Shown here piece by piece: positions 50,232 through 60,949 of a DNA stretch of 64,000 nt. How positions within the stretch are numbered: position 1 is the stretch's first letter; each line of letters opens with the position of its first letter. Under the pieces are notes generated by a model. It made no database searches. It was given only the letters and a program-made list of their open reading frames with translations, and had not been told where the DNA came from. The position numbers and the translations under genes were made by a program. Origin of the DNA: Eledone cirrhosa (lineage: Eukaryota); NCBI GenBank assembly GCA_964016885.1, contig OZ024740.1:267840001-267904000 (forward strand), read 5' to 3'.

Positions 50232-51242
50232 TTAACAGCGCTGCGATCGAATGTGGCTTTTTAGCCCAGCCAATGATCTAAAATGTCTTGCACAGATTTG
50301 GCAACCAAAACATTCACTGGGAATAGCCGGCTGTGGTTGGAGTTCATGTACTTTTGCATGTCGTTTGAGCCCTCCTGCTGATTTACATTCTCTACCACAT
50401 GCTTGGCAAGCATGATGAGTAGCATCTCCCACAGCAGCCTGGTAGTCAACCACTGGTCTCACTTTATGAATGCGAATATGACTTTCGAGTCCAGCTTTTC
50501 TTAGGCAGAGTCTCGCACAGACGCTGCATGTCAGCGCCATAGGAGGACCCTCGCCATCTGGAAGTGCAACAGCAATTCCCTTCCTCACATCCCGCTTTAC
50601 TTTCTCGTATGCGATTCGACATGCCTCAAAGGCTACTTTCCCCTAATATACAGTCTTTCTCCATTTATTACGATCAGCAGCAACATTTTCCCATGTATCA
50701 GCAGAGATGTTAACGTCTTTCAAAGAGGCTTTCAAGGAATCCTTATACCTCTTTTTTGGTTTATGTGGAGGTCGTTTTCCTTTAATTAACTCGCCATAAA
50801 AGAGTTGTTTTGGTATTCTAGAATCCTTCATCCTCGCAAGGTGACCACTCCAAAGGAATCTTTGCTTAAGCACAAGAGCTTCTATATGGTCATGCAGAGA
50901 GCTTTCCAAAATCTCGACATCACTGATGTGGTCCCTCCAGTGAACGCCATGGATCCGTCTGAGACACATCTGATGGGAACGCTCCAATTGCTTAAGGTGG
51001 TGTCGATATGTGACCCAGGTCTCGCAGGCATAAAGAAGAGAAGAGAGCACACATGCCTTGTACACCTTTACCTTTGTCTTCTTGCATATGTCTCGCCGAC
51101 CCCAGAGTCGCCTTTCTAGCTTTCCGAAAGCATCACTTGCTTTCCTAATCCTGAGTGGGGCTTCATTATCAAGGTTGTTGTATCGATTGACAGTGCTTCC
51201 CAGGTAGCCAAACTGATCAACCACTCCAGATATTTGGTTCAC
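50232..51242 (-). pseudogene. RT thumb, C-terminal domain and three C2H2-type zinc fingers of the RTE LINE
   Basis: ORFs 50643..51242 and 50232..50588 share one frame, separated by a single TAG at 50643-50645 (KWRKTVY*GKVAFEACRIAYEKVKRDVRK). Fingers: CSVC..H...H, CQAC..H...H, CQIC..H. Confidence 0.88.
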
Positions 51243-52647
51243 TGTACTGCCTGACAGGGGCAGGTTGGTACATGACGACGGTTTTCTTGAGACTGACAGT
51301 TAATCCTAGGGTAGTGCAAGCATCAGAAAATGCATTCAAAATGTGCTGCATATCACCCTCTGTGTGCGCTACAAGATCGCAATCATCTGCATACAAGAGG
51401 TCTCTTATGATTGATGTAAATACTTTTGTTTTTGCAGCAATGTTAAATATGCTGCCTGAGGTTCGATATTGGATGTAAACACCATGCTCGCAATTCCTGA
51501 ATACAATATAGAAAACCATTGCAAAGTATATGGCAAACAGGGTCGGTACTGGAATATCCCCTTGTTTCACTCCATTTTTTACTGAGATAGGCTCCGACAT
51601 GTTACCTCCGACATTAACCCAAGCCTTCATGTCGTCATGGAAAGACCTAACCAAAGCAAGGAACTTATCAGGGCAACCAAGTTTCTGGAGAACCTTCCAT
51701 AATGCATTTCTGTTAACAGTATAGAAAGCTTTTGTCAGATCGACAAAAAACTGATACAGATCCAAACCTTGTTCCATGCACTTCTCCTTGAGCTGTCTAG
51801 CTGAGAAGATTATATCAGTAGTGCCGCGTCCAGCACGAAAACCAGATTGACTTTCAGGAAGAACACAATCTGCAATGTGTGTCAGCAGACGGTCCAGAAG
51901 CACCCTACATAAAACTTTCCCTACGACAGAAAGCAATGATATACCTCTGTAGTTCCCACAATCATTCCTGTTACCCTTTCCTTTGTACAAGACCACCATT
52001 ACTGCATCTCTCCAGTCCTCAGGTACGGATTCATTAGCCCATATCCTGCCAAACAAAGATTGAAGATGTTGCAGAAATCTCTCACCACCATATTGTAGGA
52101 GTTCTGCGTGTATACCATCCATACCTGGATACCTTCTACTGTTCAGCTTCGAGATAGCCACTGCAACCTCCACAAGCGTCGGAGGTTCTGCGAGAGCTAC
52201 TTTCACATGGCTTTCTGGAATGAGATTGAAGAAATCTTCATTGACGACAGACGGCTGATTCAAAAGCTCATGAAAGTGCTTTCTCCACCTTCGTAGAATT
52301 TCTTGTGAGTCACGAAGAAGTTCTTTGCCATCCTTGCTGTGACGTGGTGTCACCAGAGAAGAAGACGGTCCATAAACTTCACGCAAGAGACTGTACAACA
52401 GCTTTGTGTTATTGGAATCTGACGCAGCTTGTATCTCATCAGTCTTCTCACTCAGCCACTGATCCTTCATCTGAGAAAGACTCCGCCTAACACGTGATTT
52501 CACATCCTTGAGTTCCTTATGCAACATATTCTTCTCCTGTGGTTTTGTTGTCAAGTAGCGTGACAGAGCACGCCTCTTATGAGCCAGCAAGTCTTCTATA
52601 CGTTCATCATTCTCATTAAACCAGTCTTGATGTTTTCTCTGCACCAA
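51217..52647 (-). pseudogene. Reverse transcriptase domain of the RTE LINE
   Basis: 476-aa ORF with KHQDWF, PGMDGI, WRDA..VVLYKGKG...NYRGISLL, QSGFRAGRGTTD, GVKQG, LLYADD; ends in a frameshift/deletion near 51230. Confidence 0.93.
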
Positions 52648-52699
52648 TCCCAGAACACGCCTGCCTACATCATAAACCTACTTTTTAAGGGTCGGCTAA

Positions 52700-53600
52700 T
52701 CCTCACCAAGATCTGCAACCTGCATCTCTTCTCGCAATGTCCTCTTCACATTTTAAGACGAGCAGCATTCAATCTTCTGGGCAGGGTAACACCAGGAGCC
52801 CGGATTTTACGTTTAGTGATTAGTTTCACTTTTGCGCGTACCAGGCGGTGGTCCGTTCAGCACACAGCTTCACGAAGAACACGAATACACTGCACATCCT
52901 GTCTGTCACGCAACCTGACAAGGACATAGTTCAAAAGATGCCATTCCTTAGATGCAGGATGCATCCACGTGGTCTTAAATTTGCTCTTTTGTTGGAACAT
53001 GGTGTTGGTAACTCACAGATCCAGCTCCTCACACATCTGCAGCAGGAGCATACCCTTGTTGTTACACTTTCCCACCCCATGCCTTCCAATTACATTCCAC
53101 GTGTTAAAATCCCTACCCACTCTAGCATTAAAGTCACCAAGCTCGATGACTTTGTCTGCCTGAGGGATATTTCTTAAAACACCTTTCAAGGCATGGTAAA
53201 GGACACTTTTTCTTCATCGACAGAATTCATAGTTGGAGCATACACACTCACCAGGGTCGTATATCTTCCTTTGTCCAGCGGAATTCTCATGGACATAAGA
53301 CGCTCACTAATCCCCACTGGGAATTCTTCTAATTTATCCACAAGAGCAGTCTTAACAGCAAATGCTACCCCAGCCTCTCTTCTGATTCCTTCATCTCTTC
53401 CTTTCCAGAAGAATGTATATTCTCCACAAAATTCTGTAAGATGCCCATCTCCAGCTAACCTCGTCTCAGATAAAGCTACGATGTCAAGATCGTAACGTCG
53501 AAGCTCCTTTGTAACAAGAGCTGTCCTTCGTTCAGGACGCTCCAAGGAATCCCTGTCAAGCAGCGTCCGTACGTTCCAGCAGCCAAGACCAAATGCCTTG
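52700..53600 (-). pseudogene. Apurinic/apyrimidinic-like endonuclease domain of the RTE LINE (disrupted)
   Basis: LGCWNVRTLLDR...DIVALSETRL...VYAPT, then a frameshift near 53195, then FYHALKG...LGDFNARVG...TTWMHPASKEWHLLNY...C*TDHRLV with in-frame TGA stops. Confidence 0.9.
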
Positions 53601-53761
53601 TTTGGCTCTATTACAGTGGCACGATGACGAGCGGGCCCAGGCTGTGATAACCTGGGCCCCTGCCCCTATTGCCAATTATCTCTTTTGTTCCAGAGCCCTC
53701 ATTGCCAATTATCTATTTTATATTGTTTTGGAACATCATTGAATTGGGGAGGGGGGGGGGG

Positions 53762-53807
53762 TAATAATAATAGTAACAACAATAATAATAATAATAATAA
53801 TAATAAT
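53762..53807. repeat. (TAA)n microsatellite preceded by a G-run
   Basis: G-rich run at ~53746-53761, then TAATAATAATAGTAACAACAATAATAATAATAATAAT. Confidence 0.9.
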
Positions 53808-54310
53808 CTTGTGGAACTTTAGCATCCAAACAGACCGAAAAATAGATGCAAATAGACCTGATATAATATTGAAGGACTTTCAAAGGAGGGTATGCCTGCT
53901 AATTGATATGTCTGTTCCAATAGACAAGAATGTATCTATAAAAACATTTGAAAAATTGAGCAAGTATAAGGACCTGGAGATAGAAATTGGAAAAATGTGG
54001 AAATTGAGAACTAAAACAATACCAGTGGTTGTAGGCGCTCTGGGAATGATACCTAAGGGGTCTAACGACTACTTATCGCAAATCCCAGGAAACCCGCGTA
54101 TAGGAGAAATACAAAAAATAGTACTAATGGGAACTGCCCATATACTAAGGAAGATCCTGTCAATATAAGTGCATCACAAGTCTAAACACTAAGGATGCAT
54201 GTGTGAATATGTATGTTCTTTCTTGAACATGGCGGACCTTGTTGTCTCTTGAGGTCACTGGTTGTGACTTGGTGATAACTCGTATAAACATAAAGCAAGA
54301 TAAATGCAAA
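53808..54310 (+). mobile_element. 5'-truncated R4/Dong-like non-LTR retrotransposon (RLE endonuclease C-terminus plus 3'UTR)
   Basis: ORF 53809..54168: LWNFSIQTDRKIDANRPDII...LLIDMSVP...EKLSKYKDL...IPVVVGALG...IQKIVLMGTAHILRKILS, the PD-(D/E)xK restriction-like endonuclease end typical of R4-clade elements; flanked on both sides by (TAA)n. Confidence 0.85.
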
Positions 54311-54509
54311 TAATAATAATAATACACTATTAATAATTATTAATTAATGCAATCGTGCAATGCCTGTGCGTGAAGAATATTTTTAAAGCGAGGAAATACT
54401 GCACTGAGCCAATCCCACTCTCTGAGCGACAGTAACTATAACCCGAAAAGAAGAAAAGATCAACATCATCGGTAACTACTGAGCTGCACATACATACATA
54501 AAATCTCGA

Positions 54510-54880
54510 CCAAGCAGACTTGCGACTAAAGGCATTCTAGTGTGACCATCTCATCCTATAGGTATACATTAACTTATGCGTGTCCTTCATTATTCAAAGC
54601 AGTATGGCATGATTTGAGAGAGGTTTGGTTGGTATTACTAACAACTGGTGCAACAGATTCATTGCCGAAAGAAAGTTGTTATAGTTTTGTTATTTCCAGG
54701 TCAACCATTATCAAATTATCAAGTAGACATATGACTAAATGAATTCGAAACTTGCCGGCACTGTCGTTATTTTTTTCGAGGATTACATTATCCAATATGT
54801 CTTTCCTTCTAATACGATAGAATGAAATTCAAGGGAGATTTGGTTGCTACTTCTAATCGGTCGAATGACCGCGTAGATGA
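54510..54880 (+). mobile_element. Two degenerate adjacent copies of dispersed repeat family D
   Basis: TGATTTGAGAGAGGTTTGGTTGGTATT (~54610) and AATTCAAGGGAGATTTGGTTGCTACTTCTAA (~54826); a third inverted copy lies at ~60950. Strand assignment is arbitrary. Confidence 0.5.
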
Positions 54881-55601
54881 TTTATTGTTAGCCTAGGAAA
54901 GTTGTTCCAGTTTGAGAACTATGATTGTAAATATATCGATTTCTTATTTAAGCACAGTATTACCAGTTTTGAAAGGAGTGGAATAAAGGTGAACACATGA
55001 ATACAAAGCAGTAGATTTAGTGGGTGGCGGGAATAGTTGATTAAATCTACCCAAATTGAAACTGAAAGTAGTGAATACGTAGAATCGTTACAGGTTTGTA
55101 TTAAATACCTTCCTGTATTCGACCCGGATCTCTACACTCCGCCATTTTGAACTTTATCCTCCCTCCATTAGGTGGCAGTCAGTATACGTGTACCAATATA
55201 GACTGATGGATTGACGGAATCGATATAGTATTGGACGTGATGCCATGTAGTATCCATTTCAGTTCAATGTGTGCTGAGTTCATTTGTTATTTTATTTTTT
55301 TACCCTTTTTTTAGTTTTTTAAAAAACTACTTGTCTCACTAGCTTTCCTTGATTACGAACTGTAATGAGTACTCGATACTTCCCCTAGTCTGTCATGGCG
55401 TACTAACTCTATACGGACGTTTAAATTGAATAAATGAACAAATATTAGGAGAGGGATTCCTATCATTTAAACACCCAAGAGAACTGATAGAAGATGCAGC
55501 CTCATTGGGAGGCCTGTGAACCCTGGGGTGTGTGAACCGTAGCAACAAGAACAAAATGTTAAAATTTCTTACCATCGACATCAAAAATTCTAGACGTCAT
55601 T

Positions 55602-55652
55602 ACCTGACTTATTTTATTTTATCGACCCTGGATGGATGAAAAACAAAGTTGA
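55602..55652 (-). mobile_element. SINE family B internal fragment
   Basis: TTTTATTTTATCGACCCTGGATGGATGAAAAACAAAGTT matches ~58000-58038. Confidence 0.65.
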
Positions 55653-55673
55653 TGCAAGGAATAATATTTACTT

Positions 55674-55898
55674 TTAATCCTTTAGCATTTAAACCGGCCA
55701 TGTCCGGCCCGAATTCTCTCACCTCTTTCTGTTCAAACTGGCTGTAACCAGCTGCTCATACTGATGTTAAAGTATTTTTCTCAAAATAAATAATATCAAA
55801 ATCTCATAGATTTGATGTTATGTGAGATATTATGTGAAGTAAAATCTTTACCATGAAAATATATCATATATAGCGTAATGTAAATACTAGAGGGTTGA
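55674..55898. mobile_element. Putative piggyBac-like MITE with degenerate terminal inverted repeats
   Basis: Left end TTAATCCTTTAGCATTTA and reverse complement of right end TAAATACTAGAGGGTTGA match at 14/18; ends are TTAA-like. Confidence 0.5.
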
Positions 55899-55989
55899 TG
55901 TCGGCCCAGGGTCATATATTTGTGGGGAGGAGAGGATATAATAGTTTGCTACCCAAGTACTTTGATCCACGTTGGAAGCATAAATTCAA

Positions 55990-56243
55990 AATGCTCCTGA
56001 AATTAATAGGAAAGTGGCTGAGTATTCCACAGGCACGTGTATCATTAACGCAGTTCCCAGTGAGATTTAGTCTGATATAATGTGTGATAAGGCTGGTCCT
56101 TTGAATTACAGGTATAGTTTTTCTAATGGGCCTCCGCAAATGAGTGTACCAAAGTAAAGTAAATTAGTGACTCGTTCGAAGACATAACGCTCTGTCAGAA
56201 ACCGAATTCCCGTAAGCCGAACATCTTAACCACTTAACCACAC
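55990..56243 (-). mobile_element. SINE family C copy
   Basis: Its reverse complement contains ATCTCACTGGGAACTGCGTTAATGATACACGTGCCTGTGGAAT, matching ATCTCCCTGAGAACTGCGTTAAAGGTACACGTGTCTGTGGAAT at ~62474. Confidence 0.7.
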
Positions 56244-56289
56244 GTTTTGTGGGAGAGAGAATTAGTGTGATCGTGCTTAAATATCTAGC

Positions 56290-56294
56290 TGTGT

Positions 56295-56380
<86 letters not shown>

Positions 56381-56620
56381 AATGACTAGATAGATAGAGA
56401 TAGGAAAAGAGAGATAGATAGAGAAAGAAAGTTAGATAGGTAGAGAAAGATAAAGGGCGAAAGGTAATTAGAAAGGGAGAGAGAGAGAGGGGGGGGGGAG
56501 AAAAGATAAAGAGAGAAGGGTAAATAGAGAGAGAGAAAAAAGACAGAGATAGTGAGAGGGATAAATAGATATATAGAGAAAAATATATATAGAGAGAAGA
56601 GTAAATAGATATAGAGAGAA

Positions 56621-56657
<37 letters not shown>

Positions 56658-56658
56658 A

Positions 56659-56736
<78 letters not shown>
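56290..56736. repeat. Compound microsatellite: (GT)n-(GA)n, purine-rich tract, (GATA)n-(GA)n-(GT)n
   Basis: Directly visible. Confidence 0.97.
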
Positions 56737-56739
<3 letters not shown>

Positions 56740-56909
56740 AGGGAGAGTTTGTATGTTCATGTTTGTGAGTGTAAATGTATGGGGAGACACATCAAACTTG
56801 TGTCATCAAGTTCAATTTTTTAAAATATCAATGGAATACAAAATAACTAGAGATATGTTAGAGCAAAAGCAGGAAGAAAACCCCAACGTTCCGACTGTAA
56901 GCTTCCATC

Positions 56910-56944
56910 CTTTCTTTCTTTCTCTCTTTCCTTCTTTCTTTCTC

Positions 56945-57008
<64 letters not shown>

Positions 57009-57050
57009 TCCTTCCTTTTTCTTTCTTTCCTTTTCTTTCTTTTTCTTTCT
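56910..57050. repeat. (CTTT)n microsatellite / polypyrimidine tract
   Basis: Directly visible. Confidence 0.95.
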
Positions 57051-57324
57051 ATTTAACTAATCTATTTATTTTACTCATTCAATTATTTCATTTTTTCTTC
57101 AATTTTCCAATAGATTTCTTAGCTGTCAAAACCACGAGTTAAAATTTAACCTTTAGTAAATGAGCACATCCAATAGCACATTTGCAAGGACGCTCTTTTA
57201 AAAGAAACATCCATTTCTCCTCCAAGTATGTATTTTCTTATACACACACACGAACACTCGTCCACATACATACACATACGCACTTTCTCTTAACCACACG
57301 TATATAACGCATGCACAAATACAC

Positions 57325-57325
<1 letters not shown>

Positions 57326-57366
<41 letters not shown>

Positions 57367-57388
57367 ATGTGTGTGTGTGTGTGTGTGT
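57326..57388. repeat. (AT)n-(GT)n microsatellite
   Basis: Directly visible. Confidence 0.95.
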
Positions 57389-57533
57389 AAATACATGAAT
57401 GAGGTATGTCATACATCAATTCATGTATTTTATCTGACGAGGACGTACTGAAAAAATAGCACAGTACCTTCGAAATATATATAATAAAACATATATTTTG
57501 ATTATGTGAATGTCTTCATTTATTAATATTCTG

Positions 57534-57539
<6 letters not shown>

Positions 57540-57577
<38 letters not shown>
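57540..57577. repeat. (AT)n microsatellite
   Basis: Directly visible. Confidence 0.95.
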
Positions 57578-57580
<3 letters not shown>

Positions 57581-57760
57581 GAGGTTATATTTCATTTGTT
57601 GGGATTCAACAAGCTTAAAAATTCTATAACTGAAATAAAGCACTCAACAGTTAAGTATTCAATATATTAATAAATGGAAACTATATTTATAAAACCATAA
57701 TTATTTTATTATATATATTTCAACGGCAATCAAGGCAAATTATGGTGCACTTTCATCAGA

Positions 57761-57919
57761 TAAAATACAGATTTGTTTTATGAATAAATATTGACATACC
57801 CGGAAAAAAGACAACCTTAACGGTTGAAGCTCCCTGGACTATCCAGAGAACTTCAACTGTTAAGGTTGTCTTTTTTCCGGGTATATCCATATTTATTTAT
57901 AAAACAAATCTGTATTTTA
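57761..57919. repeat. Near-perfect inverted repeat (78-bp arms, 3-nt loop)
   Basis: TAAAATACAGATTTGTTTTA...CCCTGGA-CTA-TCCAGAG...TAAAACAAATCTGTATTTTA; 6 mismatches by my manual pairing, no gaps, centre at 57840. Confidence 0.95.
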
Positions 57920-57924
57920 GCAAA

Positions 57925-58136
57925 TCTACTTTTAGTACAAGGCTAGCAATTTTTTTTTTGGGGGGGGGGGGGAGTTGATCAAATCGACCCCAGTGGTACT
58001 TTATTTTATCGACCCCGTAAGGATGAAAGGCAAAGTTAACCTCGGCGAGATTTGAACTCAGAATTCCAAGGGCCGTAACTCTATGCGTCAAAGCATGGCG
58101 TCAGACCCTCTACCGATACTGCCAATCCACCGCCCT
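57925..58136 (-). mobile_element. tRNA-derived SINE family B, near full-length
   Basis: B-box-like GAGTTCAAATC (rc of GATTTGAACTC ~58048) and an A-box-like 5' end; highly similar to 63370-63557 and inverted to 61838-61958. Confidence 0.85.
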
Positions 58137-58569
58137 TATAATTAGATAAATAATATTCTATTATATTATTGGTACAAAATTGAACTACGAATATGCGTTT
58201 ATATATGTATATATATAAATTTGGTGAATCATGGCTGCGAATTAATTGCGCTTATTCATCCGGAAAGAATGCAAATATTTGTTTCATTCCTTTATTTGGA
58301 TTAACAACATTGGTGTATCTGTCTTCATGTCTATCAATGCAGGTTAAGGGTTAGTCCGCTTCGAGGTCCCGTCGGATAGGATGGAGAAGACATTGGCCCG
58401 GGGGATGAGGAGTGAGACGTGCTGGAACAGCTATTTCATACTGCGAGGCTCACACTGGTGAGTAGCCAATTATTCTCCGATATTTTCCGGAAGTCTCCAC
58501 TGATTGAACTACAGACTATACCGTCATTTTATTTATTGAGTATATATTGTGTTGGACTTACAGCAGCTT

Positions 58570-58730
58570 GGAAGCATATAGGTAGAGTCGTTATGCCGTC
58601 GGGGAGAACTCTTCGCAGTATTTGATCTGGCTCTCTGCGCTTTCAGTTGCAATCCGGCTAGGTTCAACTTTATCTTTCATCCTTTCGAGATCGATAAATG
58701 TAGTATCAGTCCAATACAGGGGTTGATTTT
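58570..58730 (+). mobile_element. Degenerate SINE family B copy
   Basis: CAACTTTATCTTTCATCCTTTCGAGATCGATAAA resembles TTTACTTTGCCTTTCATCCTTACGGGGTCGAAAAA at ~61867. Confidence 0.65.
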
Positions 58731-58929
58731 TCCACTTGCTCTCTCATGCTATTTCTTTCAGCAGAAAACTTCTTTTGTTTTCATACCTGGAGAAGGATGA
58801 GCCCAGTCCGGTTTAAATGTCTAAGACACACGGTATATCACTACGGTGTCCCTACGACTCGAACAGGATTTAAGGGCTCGTGTGTTTTTATTCGAACAGT
58901 GAAGAGTGCCGGGAATAAATAACTTGACA

Positions 58930-59320
58930 GATTCTATGTCTGCCCCTCTAGGGTTAGATTCCGTTATGGTGTATCTTGGGTCTTCAACTGTAGCTTCAGG
59001 TTGAACAATACCTTGTGAGAGAAATTTGACAGCCGGGTATTGTGTAAACCTCTCGAATATGTCTTCGGGCGTGTACCTATGTTTGTGTATACCACTGAAA
59101 TAGGTGTACATGCGTAATGCATTGTGATACTTACACCCATACACCGGAAGTAACTCTTCAAATAGATGTAACTCAAGTAGATGTAGCCAATTGGTAAATA
59201 GCGATCGATAAAATGGGTCACAGACTAAGCACTTCGAACGCTATAATTGACTAAAACTATTGAAAACAGTGTCCCACTATGGCCACAGAACAATGACTGA
59301 AACCAGTGAAAGATTAAAAC
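58930..59320 (+). mobile_element. Degenerate SINE family A copy, probably full-length
   Basis: Eroded B-box GGGTTAGATTCC, body similar to rc of 48855-49012, and 3' end ATGGCCACAGAACAATGACTGAAACCAGTGAAAG resembling my recollection of an octopus SINE tail. Confidence 0.55.
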
Positions 59321-60949
59321 AATTCCCGGTTCTTTATTGATAGAAACCAAGGATAAGCATTCCGATTGAAACTTTTCCACTTTTTACTTCTTTTTGTTTT
59401 AAATTTGTAAATCGATAAAAAATTCATTTTTTTATTTTTCAGTTGGATGTTTTCCTAATCACTCGATTTTTATTTCTAAAAACGTATTTTTATAAATCGA
59501 AATTGAATGGTCGACAAGACATCCAATCGAAAAAATGTGGAAATCTAAAATCTAAAATTGAAATTAATTGAAAAGAAAATTGAAATATCACTTAATCGAT
59601 AAAAATTCTGTTTCAACTTTTTAAAACAAAATTTTCATTGAAAATTGCAATTCAATTTTAAGTAAAAAAAAAAAAAAAAAAATTTTCCTTTTCAATTGAA
59701 GTCCACACCTTTATTCATAGGTAAAGGTGTAATAGAAATGAAGTCTATATAATCAACTTTCCCTTCCCCACCAAACTGTTGGCCTTGTGCAAATTTTAAA
59801 AAGGCATTATATTTTCTGAACACTAGGTATTGAAACGTACTTTGGATTATTGGTAAATTCTGTAATGGCTGAGTTAATAAGGAATAACGACAGTCAATTA
59901 ACCAAAGCATCAACAGTTCGTTCGTATTCTGTTTTAGGTGCAGCAGAACTGTTTTTATGTACTTACAAACTCCCTAGCTTTGTTAGTTTAACATACATAC
60001 TGTAAACGGCGTGTGCGCTGTATAAATAACGACCTTTCTGCAAGTTTGTCTGGAAGATCACTCAAGTGTATTCTAAAAGAAATCTTGAAATCATCAGAAC
60101 CACCAGAAGTCGGTGTTTTAGGGTGGTAAGAAATCAAAAACTAATAACGTTTGAACAATGTCAAACCTAATAACACCATATCTGCATGCAGGTACATTGT
60201 TCCAGATGACTTTGCCTACGCAGTTAAGTTGGAAGTCTATTGTTGCCAAGAATGCATGGATGGAAATCACATTGAACATGTGCTAAAATTATATCAAATT
60301 TCATTGTTTCTGGTACAAATGAAACTATTCTGCTTCACCTTTGATGTTATATTTTTTTAATAATAATAATAATGAAAAAAAAACGGCCCCGAAATATTAA
60401 CCAACATTATGGAGATCCTGTATATTTTCTATAAATACTGTGATAGCTTACAGTAATATAACTTATTCTGTTGATTCTCTAAACAATAGGAATAAAAATA
60501 AACATGTCTCGCCGAAATCCTATTGATTTCAATGGAATCGTATCTAAATTTTCCCAATATCAGTAATTTTATGCTATTTTGAAACCTCTTTTGTCAGACA
60601 AAAGCTAAATACTTATAAACGAACAAATAAAACAGATCCAAAAGCATTGCAAAAACAAAAAATAAAAATAAAATAAAGACTATTATGAAGATAATTCCCA
60701 AGCCCTTCCTCCATCCATGGTATTCTCACATTTATTTGTGCATACAGTCATTTCATCCCTGCCTCATTTTATTTACCCATTAACTTAACCCATTTTCTCC
60801 CCCCCCCCCATCTCTCTCTCTTTATTCTTATTGTTTTACTCTCTCTCTGTATAGTATTCTTTTCTCCTCTTTCTCTGACACCATTCCTTTTCTTTTTCTA
60901 GCCACTTCTTTCTTTTGCACTAAATCTTTCACCTTACATCTACGTATTC

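Larger units (their letters stand above)
50066..53700 (-). mobile_element. Near-full-length, degenerate RTE-clade non-LTR retrotransposon (APE-RT-zinc fingers)
   Basis: Single-ORF architecture on the - strand: APE motifs (GCWNVRTL, ALSETR, GDFNARVG, TDH), RT motifs (NYRGISLLS, ESQSGFR, FVDLTKAF, GVKQG, YADD, YLGS), an RTE-type C-terminus, a 3'UTR and an (ATGT)n tail at ~50066-50082. The 5' boundary is approximate. Confidence 0.93.

Noticed and set aside
50805-53495. + strand ORFs overlapping the LINE
   Set aside because: Antisense shadows of the RTE coding sequence.
50040-53670. CCTGCCCC near both LINE ends as a target-site duplication
   Set aside because: Only 8 bp and not directly abutting the tail; the boundaries are too uncertain.
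56386-57643. ORFs rich in HT, LS, SFFL and YI repeats
   Set aside because: Translations of microsatellites.
60151-60360. 69-aa ORF with a CxxC-like motif
   Set aside because: No recognisable family, non-ATG start and in-frame stops just upstream.
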